DNA of 64,000 nt from a virus. Its lineage: Duplodnaviria; Caudoviricetes. The translations under genes and the position numbers were made by a program. Location: the IMG/VR virus record IMGVR_UViG_3300006217_000023, positions 1 to 64,000 of that record; one strand, 5' to 3'. How positions within the stretch are numbered: position 1 is the stretch's first letter; every line of letters begins with the position of its first letter. The notes below the pieces were generated by a model. The model was not told the DNA's origin and did no database searches. It was given only the letters and a program-made list of their open reading frames with translations. Of this stretch, positions 46,948 to 61,947 are shown in pieces.

Positions 46948-47178
46948 GTTAATAACAAGTTAATAACAAATAGAAAATACCAAGCCTTAAAATGCTTGGT
47001 ATTTGTGTGTTTTTCTAAACTTCCATTATAATCGGAATAATCAGTCTTTGTTTTTTAAGATTTTCTTCTTTCTATTCATATATCTGTTTTTCGTTGATTT
47101 ATCAATATTTTTGTCATTATAAGAATACTTTTATATTCTTATAAATTTTTATAGGTTAATAACAAATTAATAACAATT
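46948..47178. other. attP-like site B: arm repeats GTTAATAACAA on both sides of a core matching an RNase J 3' end (47015-47043)
   Basis: Tandem arms at 46948-46971 and 47155-47178; core on minus strand encodes IIPIIMEV*. Confidence 0.75.
46975..47004. terminator. Hairpin between integrase B and core
   Basis: AAATACCAAGC-8nt-GCTTGGTATTT. Confidence 0.75.
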
Positions 47179-47331
47179 GATATTCTCTTCGAAATTTTCT
47201 ATTATATTTTTTGCCTCTTCAGTATTATAGCCTAATTTTTCACACATTTCAATCATTTTAATTAATAATATTTCTTTTTTACTATATTTTCTTGTTAAAT
47301 CTTTTGCTATGTTTGATTTTTGATTTTTCAT
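47167..47331 (-). CDS. att-adjacent small protein
   Basis: MKNQKSNIAKDLTRKYSKKEILLIKMIEMC; resembles 8258-8401. Confidence 0.55.
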   Translation of the reverse strand: MKNQKSNIAKDLTRKYSKKEILLIKMIEMCEKLGYNTEEAKNIIENFEENINCY

Positions 47332-47606
47332 TATCATTCCCCCTATTCTATAAATTTCATTGAAATTCATATTTAAAGGGTTATAATCTTTCTTTATTAT
47401 ATTATTACTTTTGCTATTTGTAAATAGCTTTTCGACATTTTTAATTTTCATATTATAAACTCTCCTATATTAAAATTCAAATGAGCTCTATTGATATGAA
47501 AATTATATGACATTTTTACCATTTTGTTAAAAATATTTTACGAAAGTGCCATTTTCTTTTATGAAATCGACATTTTTCGACAAAGTGGGTTTTACATTTT
47601 GTTCGC

Positions 47607-47843
47607 TTAAAAACTTCCTATTCCTTTTATTTCAAGCTTTTCGATGTCATATAAGTCAGAAATTCTAAAACCCAGTGCATCAGCAATTACAATTATCTCT
47701 GCAAATAATATTTCATCTGCTGGAATTTTATTTTCTTCTATTTCAGATAAGTATTTTCTATCTATTCCAGTTTCTTCTGCTAATTGTCTTAAGCTAATTC
47801 CTCTCTCTTCTCTTTTTTCTTTTATTTTAAATTTTATTATCAT
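47607..47843 (-). CDS. XRE HTH regulator
   Basis: ISLRQLAEETGIDRKYLSEIE. Confidence 0.85.
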   Translation of the reverse strand: MIIKFKIKEKREERGISLRQLAEETGIDRKYLSEIEENKIPADEILFAEIIVIADALGFRISDLYDIEKLEIKGIGSF

Positions 47844-47921
47844 TTAACTCACCTCAAAATTAGTATTTGCATTTTTTATTATAATATGTATCTATCCACT
47901 ATAGTGAAAAAAGACTACTTT

Positions 47922-48152
47922 CTAATACGAAAATAATCTTCTTACTTTTCTTTTTAATTCTTCAAAAGTATTTACATTTGCATGACATTCTAATGTAAAC
48001 GCACTAAATAAACAATGCTCATATGCATACTCGTCCCATTCTTTTTGGGTACAGTTTGGATTTTTCTTTATAAACTTAATAAATTCTTTTTTACTCTCTT
48101 TATAATAATTTTTCATGTTTTTAGTATTTACTTTTTTTAGTTTTTTATACAA
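47922..48152 (-). CDS. Hypothetical protein
   Basis: ORF; start uncertain. Confidence 0.5.
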   Translation of the reverse strand: MYKKLKKVNTKNMKNYYKESKKEFIKFIKKNPNCTQKEWDEYAYEHCLFSAFTLECHANVNTFEELKRKVRRLFSY

Positions 48153-48279
48153 AAGAAAAAAGCCCCATTTATTGAGACTTCTTTCTAGATTTTTTCGGTA
48201 TATTTGACTTTAATATAATTTTATTATAACATGCTTTTTTATTTTTGTTTGTCGAAAGTAGTCGAGTATTTGGAAAATT

Positions 48280-49320
48280 ATGGGAAACCTTATTGACTTT
48301 CTAACTTTAAATTTGTATAATACATTTAATTTGGAGGAAAATAATATGAATAAGAATAATGAGGAAAATAATTTAATTAATAGTATGCTCGAAAAATCTA
48401 AAGAAGCCTTTCTGTTGGCAATAGAAATATATAATAAACCAACTATAAAATATAGATTAGAAGGATTTGCTTTTTTTGTGTGTAATGCTTGGGAATTAAT
48501 GTCAAAAGCTTATCTTATAAAGAAATATAATCAGTCTTTTATTTATTATAAAGATAAAAAAGATAGAACTATAAGTTTAAGTGATTGTATAAAAAAAGTT
48601 TTTACCAATGAAAAAGATCCTACTAGAAGAAATCTTGAAATAATTGTTGATTTAAGAAACACTTCAACACATTTTATAATTAAAGAAATGGAAAATATAT
48701 ATATACCTTTTTTACAAGCCAATACATTAAATTATTCACAAAAATTATATGATTTTTTCGATATAGATATAACAAAAAATCTAGATACTTCTTTTTTATC
48801 TTTAGTTACAAATTCCTCTAATTTAAATGATACAGAAGTATTAAGTAGATATGGTAATGAAATTTTCGAAAATTATAGTAAATTAAAAAATGATGCTATT
48901 TCATTATTAGAAGCAGAACCCAATAATAAACTTGCAATTAATATTAACTTAAATTTGAAAGTTGTAAAAAACGAAAAGGACGCAAAACTTACTTTTGCAA
49001 TTTCACAAAATGCTAAAGATGCTGTCTATTTTATAGATAAGATAAAAGATATTAATACAACATATCCATATTCTCAAAAAAATGCTAGAGAAATAATTAT
49101 GAAAAACTTAAAAAGAAAAAACATTAATATTAATTTACACCAAACTAATTTTGGACTTATTTGTAAAAAATATAATTTAAAAGATAATGAAGATTATTTT
49201 TACTATCATACCCTAACAAAAAGATATGTATGTTCACAAAAATTAGTTGATTTTGTGACTAATTTACTAATAGAAAATATTAACTTAATTGAAGAAATTA
49301 AATTAGAAAATAAAAATTGA
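48280..49320 (+). CDS. DUF3644-like HEPN-domain protein, probable defence RNase (likely start 48346)
   Basis: KSKEAFLLAIEIYNKP...NAWEL; RNTSTH (Rx4H). Confidence 0.75.
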   Translation: MGNLIDFLTLNLYNTFNLEENNMNKNNEENNLINSMLEKSKEAFLLAIEIYNKPTIKYRLEGFAFFVCNAWELMSKAYLIKKYNQSFIYYKDKKDRTISLSDCIKKVFTNEKDPTRRNLEIIVDLRNTSTHFIIKEMENIYIPFLQANTLNYSQKLYDFFDIDITKNLDTSFLSLVTNSSNLNDTEVLSRYGNEIFENYSKLKNDAISLLEAEPNNKLAININLNLKVVKNEKDAKLTFAISQNAKDAVYFIDKIKDINTTYPYSQKNAREIIMKNLKRKNININLHQTNFGLICKKYNLKDNEDYFYYHTLTKRYVCSQKLVDFVTNLLIENINLIEEIKLENKN

Positions 49321-49409
49321 GTTAACCCCAGGGGCAAAGGATTCTTAATATACAAACGTATATCTACTCCCATTCGGAAACCCAGCCTTATTCCTTCACA
49401 AGTTAACTC
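49319..49409 (+). ncRNA. Candidate structured RNA directly 3' of the HEPN gene
   Basis: GC-rich 91-nt block closed by GAGTTAAC/GTTAACTC, with internal hairpin TATAC-AAAC-GTATA. Confidence 0.4.
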
Positions 49410-49526
49410 TATTTATATATATTATACACTTTTTTTAAAAAAATTCAAGTATTTTTTTAATGTAATATATTTTTAATATACTAGAAATACATTTGTAATA
49501 TATAATAAATCAACTTATATTTTTAT

Positions 49527-49555
49527 TTGACAACTTTCATAACATATAGTATAAT
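49527..49555 (+). promoter_or_regulatory. Consensus sigA promoter
   Basis: TTGACA-17-TATAAT. Confidence 0.8.
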
Positions 49556-49560
49556 CAAAT

Positions 49561-49642
49561 TAAGATTTAACCACATGTTATGAAAATAACATAGTCGGTC
49601 ATAAGAAGATTCAGAACAGTCGTTAAGACTGTTCCATTTTTT
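49561..49642 (+). ncRNA. Candidate ~80-nt sRNA
   Basis: Lies between consensus promoter and terminator GAACAGTC-GTTAA-GACTGTTC plus T tract; no ORF. Confidence 0.5.
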
Positions 49643-49769
49643 ATTTTAAAGAAAAATAGCCAAAAATCAACCTTTTAAAATCGTTTTTAAGCATTTCTAA
49701 TTTTAATTTAATATAATTATATACCTCAAAAAAGAGGTAAATTGAAATTAATCAACTTACCTCTACTAA

Positions 49770-50669
49770 TTATATTTTTAAAACTTGTCCTACTTTTATA
49801 AAGTTAGGATTTTTTATTCCATTTTTATTTGCTATTGCTTGATATGTAGTATTATATTTTTTTGCTATACCTGATAAAGTATCTCCACTTTTTACTGTAT
49901 ATGTAATTTGTTTTGGTTTTACTGCGTTATTTACAGCACTTTGAATTGTTTCATAGTTGTATCCTGCTTGTTTTAATCTATTTTTTCTGTTTTCTCCATT
50001 TCCCCATTTTCCAGCTAAAACTTCAGCAACTATTTCATTAACTGATTTTGTAGGCTGTGAAACGCTTTTATTTCCAATTTCAGCTATTAAATCTCTATAC
50101 ATATAATTAGTGTCTACATTTCCATTAATTCCATTTACTTGTCCTTTTGAGCTATTTTGCCATATATCATACTCTCCTTTGTAACAGTCTGTTCCTGATT
50201 TATAACTTGCTATCCAAGTTGTGTATCTTCTTTTTATTTCTTCTTTGTTTAGATAGTTGTTAAACCAGTTTTCATTTGCATATACTCCAGCCCATAATCC
50301 ATTTTGTTCTATTATAGAATTGAAAGCTATACAAATATTAGTTAGCTTATCTCTTCCACAATTTGCTATAGAATTGTCTTCCATATCTATATATACAGGT
50401 AGTTCTATGTTTTTCCCTTGTAGCATTTTCATTGTCCATTCTGCCCCTGATTTTACTGTTTCCTCTGAATTACAATAGTTATATACATATATTCCAACTG
50501 GTATTCCTAATCTTTTACATTCGTTATAGTTTCTTTCAAATTGCTTGTCCAATGTATGATTATTTTTATTTCCTATCCAACCTAATCTTAATATTACAAA
50601 GTTTATATTATCTTTTACTAACTCCCAATTTATTATTCCATTGTGTTCACTTACATCTATTCCAAACAT
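49770..50669 (-). CDS. Endolysin: GH25 muramidase, Cpl-7 repeat and LysM
   Basis: [14 protein letters not shown]; [10 protein letters not shown]; [13 protein letters not shown]. Confidence 0.93.
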   Translation of the reverse strand: MFGIDVSEHNGIINWELVKDNINFVILRLGWIGNKNNHTLDKQFERNYNECKRLGIPVGIYVYNYCNSEETVKSGAEWTMKMLQGKNIELPVYIDMEDNSIANCGRDKLTNICIAFNSIIEQNGLWAGVYANENWFNNYLNKEEIKRRYTTWIASYKSGTDCYKGEYDIWQNSSKGQVNGINGNVDTNYMYRDLIAEIGNKSVSQPTKSVNEIVAEVLAGKWGNGENRKNRLKQAGYNYETIQSAVNNAVKPKQITYTVKSGDTLSGIAKKYNTTYQAIANKNGIKNPNFIKVGQVLKI

Positions 50670-50670
50670 T

Positions 50671-50877
50671 CTATTTTTCCTCCTTTAATTCTGGTAATCC
50701 AGCTATACTTGTTAGCATACTTAATATTCCTGCTAATAAACTAGCACTTCCTACTGCTAACCAATTAACATCACCCATTACAGCACTTGTTCCTATTGTT
50801 GCTACTGCTGTTTGTGCTACTGTTTTTATTGCTCTTATTCCTGCACATTTAATCCATTTTATTAATTCTTTGTTCAT
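50671..50877 (-). CDS. Holin (r1t-like)
   Basis: [15 protein letters not shown]. Confidence 0.85.
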   Translation of the reverse strand: MNKELIKWIKCAGIRAIKTVAQTAVATIGTSAVMGDVNWLAVGSASLLAGILSMLTSIAGLPELKEEK

Positions 50878-50886
50878 ATTATCCTC

Positions 50887-51171
50887 CTAATCTATAACTT
50901 CAAATGTTTCTACTTTTTTCATTAAAGATTTTACAAATGAGTTACCTTTTAATTTAAAATATATTTCTGCACTATGTTGAATACTTTCTAATTGATAGTG
51001 TGTTATTTTCTTTTGTTCTTTACATCTATCATATATTGTTAAAATATCGTTTCTTAAACTACATTTTGTTGCTTCTATCATTGACCTACCAAATATATAA
51101 ATTGAAACTAATACACTAGCTACAAATGTTATAAGAAACCAATACTCTTTTAAGAATTGTAGAGTTTGCAT
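50887..51171 (-). CDS. Lysis-associated membrane protein
   Basis: N-terminal TM; CSLRNDIL...YFKLKGNS. Confidence 0.6.
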   Translation of the reverse strand: MQTLQFLKEYWFLITFVASVLVSIYIFGRSMIEATKCSLRNDILTIYDRCKEQKKITHYQLESIQHSAEIYFKLKGNSFVKSLMKKVETFEVID

Positions 51172-53066
51172 TATTCCACCCCATTTCTTATCATTGTTTC
51201 TATATCTTTGTTGTATGTTCCTTCTAAAATAGGACTTACATTGTCTGTACTATATATATGAGTTATGTTTTTATATGTTTTTGCTTCGTTTTCTATTTTA
51301 TCTAATATTTCGCATTGTTCTGCGGTACATTCGATGTCTTCTGGTTCTGCTAGTACATAATCTATATATACTGGTGTGCCTGAGTTGTATTGGTCTATTA
51401 GCCAAGTTTTAAATTTTTCTACTGTATTTATACTAATATCAGATAACATTATATTAAATAAATCTAATTGAGAACGTATTGCAATTAGATCCTTATTTTC
51501 TGTTTCGTTCCAAAAACTCATCGTTGATATTAAATTATTACATAATAAATTTTGCTCTTTTGCTGTGATAAACCCTGAATTTGTAAAAAAATATATTAAT
51601 GAATTTGCATTTTGCCCTAAATTATAGTTTTCTGTTCCTTTTAAAATTACTCTTTTTATATAATGTCTCTCATACCATTTTCCATCTTTTTTTATAAATG
51701 TATCTTTATATGTATCTATTTTTCTAAATAGTTTTTGTGTTGGTATTGTGTATGTTTGAGATTTGTGAGGTTCGTAAGTTGTTGGTTCACCTTCTTCTAG
51801 TTGAAAATTCCAAAATGATGCAGTTGTGTTATTTTCATAAATATCATATCTTAAATAATACCAACCTGTTTTATTTACATTAATTTTTCTAGGATTTGTT
51901 ATTATTTGTACGAAATAATCGAACTTTTTATCTAGCATTAAATAACATATAACTTTTCCACCTTCATTTTTTAAGCCATAATTTAAATCTGTTTTACAGC
52001 TAAATGAATATATTTTATTAGCTTCTAAATACACTTTATAATCAGTTATTATATAATATCCTTCTCTATTAGCTGTTTTTATTAATTTATTCTTTTCAGT
52101 AAATTCTGTTTTTAGTTTATTCTTATTACACATCTCAAAACTAATATTACCATTATCTCCACAACATTCAACTTCACTTGGATAGTTTGGAGAAGGGCTT
52201 GCACCACATTGTTCATATATTTTAGTTGTATCACTTCCACTTGTTATCATTGGTTTACAACTTAAACCAGATACTACTGTTTCACCATTCTGTACTCTTA
52301 TTGATATATTTTGTATTGTTACAACCGAATTATTATTTTGATAGCCTGCAACGTTATTAACACTCGTAAATGTAGTTTGTCTGTTCCCATCATTAAAATA
52401 AGGTCTAAAAGAAACGTTATTATCTATTTTATTATTAAAAGCATACATTTGATATAACTGACTTTGTTCTAGTGTTATTTCTTGCAATAAAGGTATTGTA
52501 ACAATAGCGGTATTACTTGCAGTTCCACTTATTGATACTTCACCATTTAAAACAATACAAGTTATTCCATTTAATGTGTATGTTCCATCTTTTAAACTTA
52601 TTAGATTATATCCTTCTCTTGTCTCCTGTCTACTATTCCCTTCAATTTTCAATTCTTGCAACCTCATCCCACTACTATCATTTAAGTCTATGCTTTCGCC
52701 TGAAAAAGTGCCTGTTGGAAGTCCTTTTAAATCTTCTTTTAATCTTTTGTTTTCTGATTTTAAATTTAAGTTTTCATTTTCTAGTTTTGATAGCTTTGTA
52801 TCTTGTTCTGTATCTTTTGATTTTATTTCTTCTATACTATTTTTTACTTGTATATCATCATAATTTTTCAAACTATCTAATTTAGATTTATAAGCATTTG
52901 TAAAATCATTTGTTGATAACCCTTTTCCTGCTACTTTATCTTGTTTTTCAAATATTTTTTCATCCCATAAATCATTGTTAAAATTTGCTACATCTATGTC
53001 ATAATTTTCTGATTTAATAGGTTTCTTTGCATTATAATGTTCTGTATAAGTTGACATTTTATACAC
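51171..53066 (-). CDS. Receptor-binding/tail fibre-like protein
   Basis: N-terminus shared with 12026-12746 (KGLSTNDFT), followed by a long divergent region. Confidence 0.7.
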   Translation of the reverse strand: MYKMSTYTEHYNAKKPIKSENYDIDVANFNNDLWDEKIFEKQDKVAGKGLSTNDFTNAYKSKLDSLKNYDDIQVKNSIEEIKSKDTEQDTKLSKLENENLNLKSENKRLKEDLKGLPTGTFSGESIDLNDSSGMRLQELKIEGNSRQETREGYNLISLKDGTYTLNGITCIVLNGEVSISGTASNTAIVTIPLLQEITLEQSQLYQMYAFNNKIDNNVSFRPYFNDGNRQTTFTSVNNVAGYQNNNSVVTIQNISIRVQNGETVVSGLSCKPMITSGSDTTKIYEQCGASPSPNYPSEVECCGDNGNISFEMCNKNKLKTEFTEKNKLIKTANREGYYIITDYKVYLEANKIYSFSCKTDLNYGLKNEGGKVICYLMLDKKFDYFVQIITNPRKINVNKTGWYYLRYDIYENNTTASFWNFQLEEGEPTTYEPHKSQTYTIPTQKLFRKIDTYKDTFIKKDGKWYERHYIKRVILKGTENYNLGQNANSLIYFFTNSGFITAKEQNLLCNNLISTMSFWNETENKDLIAIRSQLDLFNIMLSDISINTVEKFKTWLIDQYNSGTPVYIDYVLAEPEDIECTAEQCEILDKIENEAKTYKNITHIYSTDNVSPILEGTYNKDIETMIRNGVE

Positions 53067-53070
53067 CTCC

Positions 53071-54433
53071 TTATTCTAAACTTGATATTGCTCCAGATAT
53101 AAATCGTTGCAATTTATATGTATCTCCTGTATCTATATATCCATCTTTATTTACATCTGCTGCCTTATATTGTTCTAGTGTTAAAGTTGTTTTTCCTTGG
53201 ATATAATCAGAAATTTTTTGAACATCTAAATTATTTATTTGTCCATCTCCATTTACATCTCCTAATTTGTATGATTTATCTTCTATTTTTATTAAAATAA
53301 TCTTAAAAGCCACATCGTTTCTATCTTGTTCATTTGCTAATTTATAGCTATGAATCGTAATTTTATCAGGTTTTAATATTGCACATGTATCTCCATTTCC
53401 AGCAACAGCAGTTGCATTAATTGTATGTGACCTAGATGTCCCCCACCAATCAGCATGCACATTATTATGTGACATAACACTTAGTACAACACAATTTGTA
53501 TTTGTAAAGCCTGTTGGATAGTTTATATCTACAGTTCCTTGTAAATTATTACTATTTGCTTCTGGCATTTTTATTGTTCCAACTAAAACAGCTATGTTAC
53601 TTAGTATAGTATTTATTGTTACATTTCCACTTCCATCAAAATTAGCATTTCCACTAACTGCACCTTGTAATTTTATATTTCTTGCTGTTTGTAGTTTTGT
53701 AGCTGTTCCGAGAGTTACCAGTGCAACTACCAGAAGAACCACTACAATTACCTGTAACATTTCCTTTGACATTTGCTTCTACACCTCCATTTACAATTAA
53801 TTTTCCTGTTATAGTACTATTTTGATTTTTTAATACTAAATTACTTTTTATTCCTTCTATATATTGTTGAAATTGTTGATATAGTTCTTCCCCATCAACT
53901 GAAATTAAACTATTAACCACTCCGCACAAATCTACATTTAATCTTTTGTCTACTATATCTGTTTGAGTTATATTTGAACTACTTTTTACTGTCACTTCTG
54001 CTAGACATATTTCATATATATTATCATCTCTTTGTAAAGTTGCTGGAGTTGTTCCATTTCCTTGTTTTACATATAGTTGTGTTTCTCTTGTAGCTAATGT
54101 TTTGTCTAATTTTACTATTACTCTATCTATTCTATTTCCTGATGTTGGTCTTTCTAATGTAAAAGCTCTTGCTTCTTCATTTTCAAAGTCTGCTCCTTCT
54201 ATTATTCCAGCACCTTTTAATACTTTTATATTTAATCCCCCATCTGCTGTTACTTTCATGCTATTATCACCATAATTTTTATAGTGTCCAAAATAAACAC
54301 CATTGCTTAAAAATTTAGCAAAATATTTTCTAAATACCTCTGCTTCATATAATCTATCTTTTTCCATTTGTCCACTTTCTGAATTTAAAACTTCCATTGA
54401 ATCAAATGGAAAACTTTTTAATGTTACTGACAT
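53071..54433 (-). CDS. Upper baseplate protein with C-terminal type I dockerin, joined by +1 shift at CGG 53708-53710; 453 aa
   Basis: GNS-G-TATKLQTARNI restored; GDVNGDGQIN..D and ADVNKDGYID..D. Confidence 0.8.
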
Positions 54434-54460
54434 ATCTTTTCCTTTCCATAAAAACAAGAC

Positions 54461-55636
54461 CTAACTAATAGGTCTTGTAATTACTCTTTTTATTTCTTCG
54501 CCTAAACTTGGTACTTTATCCCCAAAGCCTAATTCAACTGTTATATTATTTCTTTCATATATTTCTTTTGCTTGTATTATTCTTTTGTCCTCATATATTC
54601 CATCGCTTTCAAGTGTTACTAAATCCCCTAAAAAGAAATCCTTTTCCCATTCCATATTAGGTATTTGATACACTTTTCCTTCTACTGATTGTATTGTTTT
54701 ATATGTATCAAGTTTCTTTTGTCCTTCTGAATTTAATTCATCTAAATCTTCTATATTATTTAAATCTATTAAAATTTCTCTTCTATCAAATCCTGTTGCA
54801 TTTCCTTTTACAATTATTATTCTATCTTCATTTTCTCCTTTACCTGCTATATATCCTACATTTTTGTAATTAGTATTGTCATCTGTTGTTTTTCCTTCTA
54901 GTAAATTCTTTTTCTTTTCAGAGAATATAATATAAGGATGTTTAATATTTCCTTTTAATTGTTCATGTGTATATTGCTGTAATTCTGTATGAGTAAATTC
55001 TTCTAAAGATTCATGACTATTAAAACTTTCTACTTGATTTACTGTTCTATCTGTTCCTTTTAAACTATCAAAATATATACATTTTTTATTTCTGTCTAAA
55101 TATCCATACCAGCCTAAACCAGTATCTTCACTTATATGTTTTAATTCATCATGCAAATTTGTTAATCTTGCCTGCCATACTGTTTTTTTACCTCTATTTT
55201 GACTAGTAGCTATTTTTATCCATGAAACATCCCTTTCTGTTGTTCTAATATCATCATAATAGCTTTCTACTAAATGATTTTTTATATAATGTTTCTGTAT
55301 ATTTTCTGCTTGTGTTTCTGCAACTCTATCATATCCATTTGTTGCTATAATTCTTCTTTTAGTTATTCCTTTTATACAAGTACCTGTTACTTTTAAAGTT
55401 TTACTATTTTTATTTGTAGTTATTACTACTTTGTCTATCAAAAGAATTTTGTCATCTTTTTTATTAACTATTAACATATTATCTTTCTTTAGTTTATTTG
55501 TGTTAGCTTTATTTTTATTTATAGTTAATTCAAAAGTACCTGCTTCATAATAATTCCAAGTACAAATTAAACTATCGTAATTAGTAATAATACCTTGCAA
55601 ATTAAAGTTAGTATCTATTATTTCTATACAATTCAT
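54461..55636 (-). CDS. Tail tip protein (ReqiPepy6 Gp37-like)
   Basis: Intact paralog of 13883-15059. Confidence 0.85.
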   Translation of the reverse strand: MNCIEIIDTNFNLQGIITNYDSLICTWNYYEAGTFELTINKNKANTNKLKKDNMLIVNKKDDKILLIDKVVITTNKNSKTLKVTGTCIKGITKRRIIATNGYDRVAETQAENIQKHYIKNHLVESYYDDIRTTERDVSWIKIATSQNRGKKTVWQARLTNLHDELKHISEDTGLGWYGYLDRNKKCIYFDSLKGTDRTVNQVESFNSHESLEEFTHTELQQYTHEQLKGNIKHPYIIFSEKKKNLLEGKTTDDNTNYKNVGYIAGKGENEDRIIIVKGNATGFDRREILIDLNNIEDLDELNSEGQKKLDTYKTIQSVEGKVYQIPNMEWEKDFFLGDLVTLESDGIYEDKRIIQAKEIYERNNITVELGFGDKVPSLGEEIKRVITRPIS

Positions 55637-59853
<4,217 letters not shown>

Positions 59854-59888
59854 CTTTTCACTTCCTTTAAAAATAAAATAAAAGCACT

Positions 59889-60407
59889 CTAATGAGCACT
59901 TAAAAATTCATTAATTTTTTGTTGAAATATATTTATTTTTTCATTATCATAAAAATATAATAAGTATTTTTTTATTGTAATTTTTATCTGATTTACTATA
60001 AAATTATATCTATCCTCAAAAATATCTATATTAATATTATTCTTTTTTAGAATACTTTTTAATTCTTTTATAAATTTAATAATATGTCTTTCATATAAAA
60101 AGTTATCATATACCCTTAAATATAAACAACATAATAAAAAGTCTAAAGCTTGATTGTATTTCTTTTCTTTCTTTAATATTTCATACATTCTATTATATAC
60201 AACACTAGCCATAATATAATCTTTTTTCTTTAAATATATTTCCTTTTGTTTATTGTATATTGTCCATAATATATCATATTTTGTATATCCCTTTTCAAAC
60301 ATCAATTCATTATCTTTTATTCTTTTATATTCTCCTAATTTGTGAAATATCTGTAATTGTGAATATTCTAAATTTGTCAGTTCTTCATATCCTTTTCTCT
60401 TTTTCAT
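59889..60407 (-). CDS. Accessory hypothetical protein
   Basis: Very AT-rich ORF between chaperone and TMP. Confidence 0.6.
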   Translation of the reverse strand: MKKRKGYEELTNLEYSQLQIFHKLGEYKRIKDNELMFEKGYTKYDILWTIYNKQKEIYLKKKDYIMASVVYNRMYEILKKEKKYNQALDFLLCCLYLRVYDNFLYERHIIKFIKELKSILKKNNINIDIFEDRYNFIVNQIKITIKKYLLYFYDNEKINIFQQKINEFLSAH

Positions 60408-60814
60408 TATCTTTCTACCTCATAGTATATATCAGCTATTGTTTTTAATAAGAAAAATAATGTAAATCCTACTATCAGCACTCCAATACCTCCAAATATG
60501 CCATACCAATTAATAACACTTTCTGTATAGCTATCAGTAAAATAATTTCCTTTATGTAATACTTTTGTTGTTGAAAACATTATCCATATAGATATTGCAC
60601 TTATTATCGTTAAAACAATATTTATATTAGCAATAAAATTTAAACAATCAGCATTTGTTCTCTTTCCTTCTTCGAATTTTCTATTTTCTATTTCGTATTC
60701 ATTAAAGTTTGTTTTACACTTTGGACATATATCATCTAATTCATTTATATTTGACTTACATACTGGACATTTCATAATATTATCCCCTCCTAAAAAGAGG
60801 ATAGCACACATCAA
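60407..60814 (-). CDS. Zinc-ribbon membrane protein
   Basis: CPVC..CPKC plus two TM helices. Confidence 0.75.
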   Translation of the reverse strand: MMCAILFLGGDNIMKCPVCKSNINELDDICPKCKTNFNEYEIENRKFEEGKRTNADCLNFIANINIVLTIISAISIWIMFSTTKVLHKGNYFTDSYTESVINWYGIFGGIGVLIVGFTLFFLLKTIADIYYEVER

Positions 60815-60910
60815 ATGTCAAAGTCTGTCGTTTCTTGTAAGTTATTTAATTTTTCTTTCTTATTTTACATGTTTCGACATTTTAAAATGATATAATTTTA
60901 TTAAAGCGAG

Positions 60911-61306
60911 GTGAAAAGTATGAAATTAAATCCAGATTGTATTAGAGACATATTATTAGTTATAGAAGAATTATCTAATAATATTAATTTTATCTATTCT
61001 AGAGAATTAATAAAATATTTACCACAATATGATTCTGTTGAAATACTGTACCATGTAAGACAAATGGAAATGTCAAACCTTATAATTATTCCTCTCAATT
61101 CTTTTTCACTTGATGGTAGTTATTTGATAAAAGATTTAACTCCTAATGGTCATAAGCTCATTGCTGATATTAGAAAAGAAAATAATTGGAAAAAAACAAA
61201 AGAAATAGCTTCTAAAGTAGGCTCTTTTTCATTAGATGCTATTTCCACTATTTCATCAAATATTATTTCCAAGCTTATCACTAATCAATTAGGATTACCT
61301 TCTTAA
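60911..61306 (+). CDS. DUF2513-family protein
   Basis: MKLNPDCIRDILL...LTPNGH..IADIR. Confidence 0.8.
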   Translation: MKSMKLNPDCIRDILLVIEELSNNINFIYSRELIKYLPQYDSVEILYHVRQMEMSNLIIIPLNSFSLDGSYLIKDLTPNGHKLIADIRKENNWKKTKEIASKVGSFSLDAISTISSNIISKLITNQLGLPS

Positions 61307-61341
61307 AAAATAAAGAGTGTCATATATGATGCTCTTTGTTT

Positions 61342-61910
61342 TTAAAAATCTTCTGCTCCAACTTCTTCTTCATTTTTATTTTCTACCTTGTTTAATTCTG
61401 CATATTCTTGCATTATAATTGGTATTTCATCTACATAATAGTCTTCCATAAACTCTTTTTTACTTATACCAATTTTTATGCAGATGGCAATTGTTCTTTG
61501 AAGCCAATTAGAGTTGTTATTCCCTTCATAACTGGCTTCATTTGTACGAAAAAATCTTCTAATTTATTTATTTCCCAGAACTTCTTACAAATTTCAAATA
61601 ATTCATTTGGTGTTAGTTGTTCTTTTAAAATTTCTTCATCTATATCTAATATTTCACTTAAAAATCTAAATAAAAACTTTGGTGCAACAATCATTAATTT
61701 TGTTATTAAATTCATTATATTTTCCACTGTAAACATTTCTGATAATTTAAAATCTTGTTTATTGTCAGATATTTCTCTTATGAAGTCCTCTGGCAAATCC
61801 TTTAAAGTTTGTAGAGCTTCAAAATACTTGCCACAAGGCATCTTTTTAACCTCTACACCATGTATTCTTATTGTTTTTGGTAAACTTTTCGCTTCGTTAC
61901 TTTTAACCAT
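61342..61910 (-). CDS. Tail assembly chaperones G/GT with -1 slippery site T TTT TTC (61548-61554)
   Basis: G ORF 61476-61910; ATG-less -1 ORF FFRTNEA...GAEDF*. Confidence 0.8.
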
Positions 61911-61947
61911 TTTAATTTCCTCCTAAATAAATTTAAGGAGAGTATTT

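Noticed and set aside
47015-47043. An rnj gene
   Set aside because: Only the last ~9 codons are present; the upstream frame has no RNase J similarity.
46948-47178. CRISPR-like repeats at the att sites and origin
   Set aside because: Units are 8-11 bp with no regular unique spacers and no cas genes; they fit arm sites and iterons better.
51171-53066. Diversity-generating retroelement acting on the receptor-binding gene
   Set aside because: No reverse transcriptase and no adenine-mismatched TR/VR pair seen in the window.
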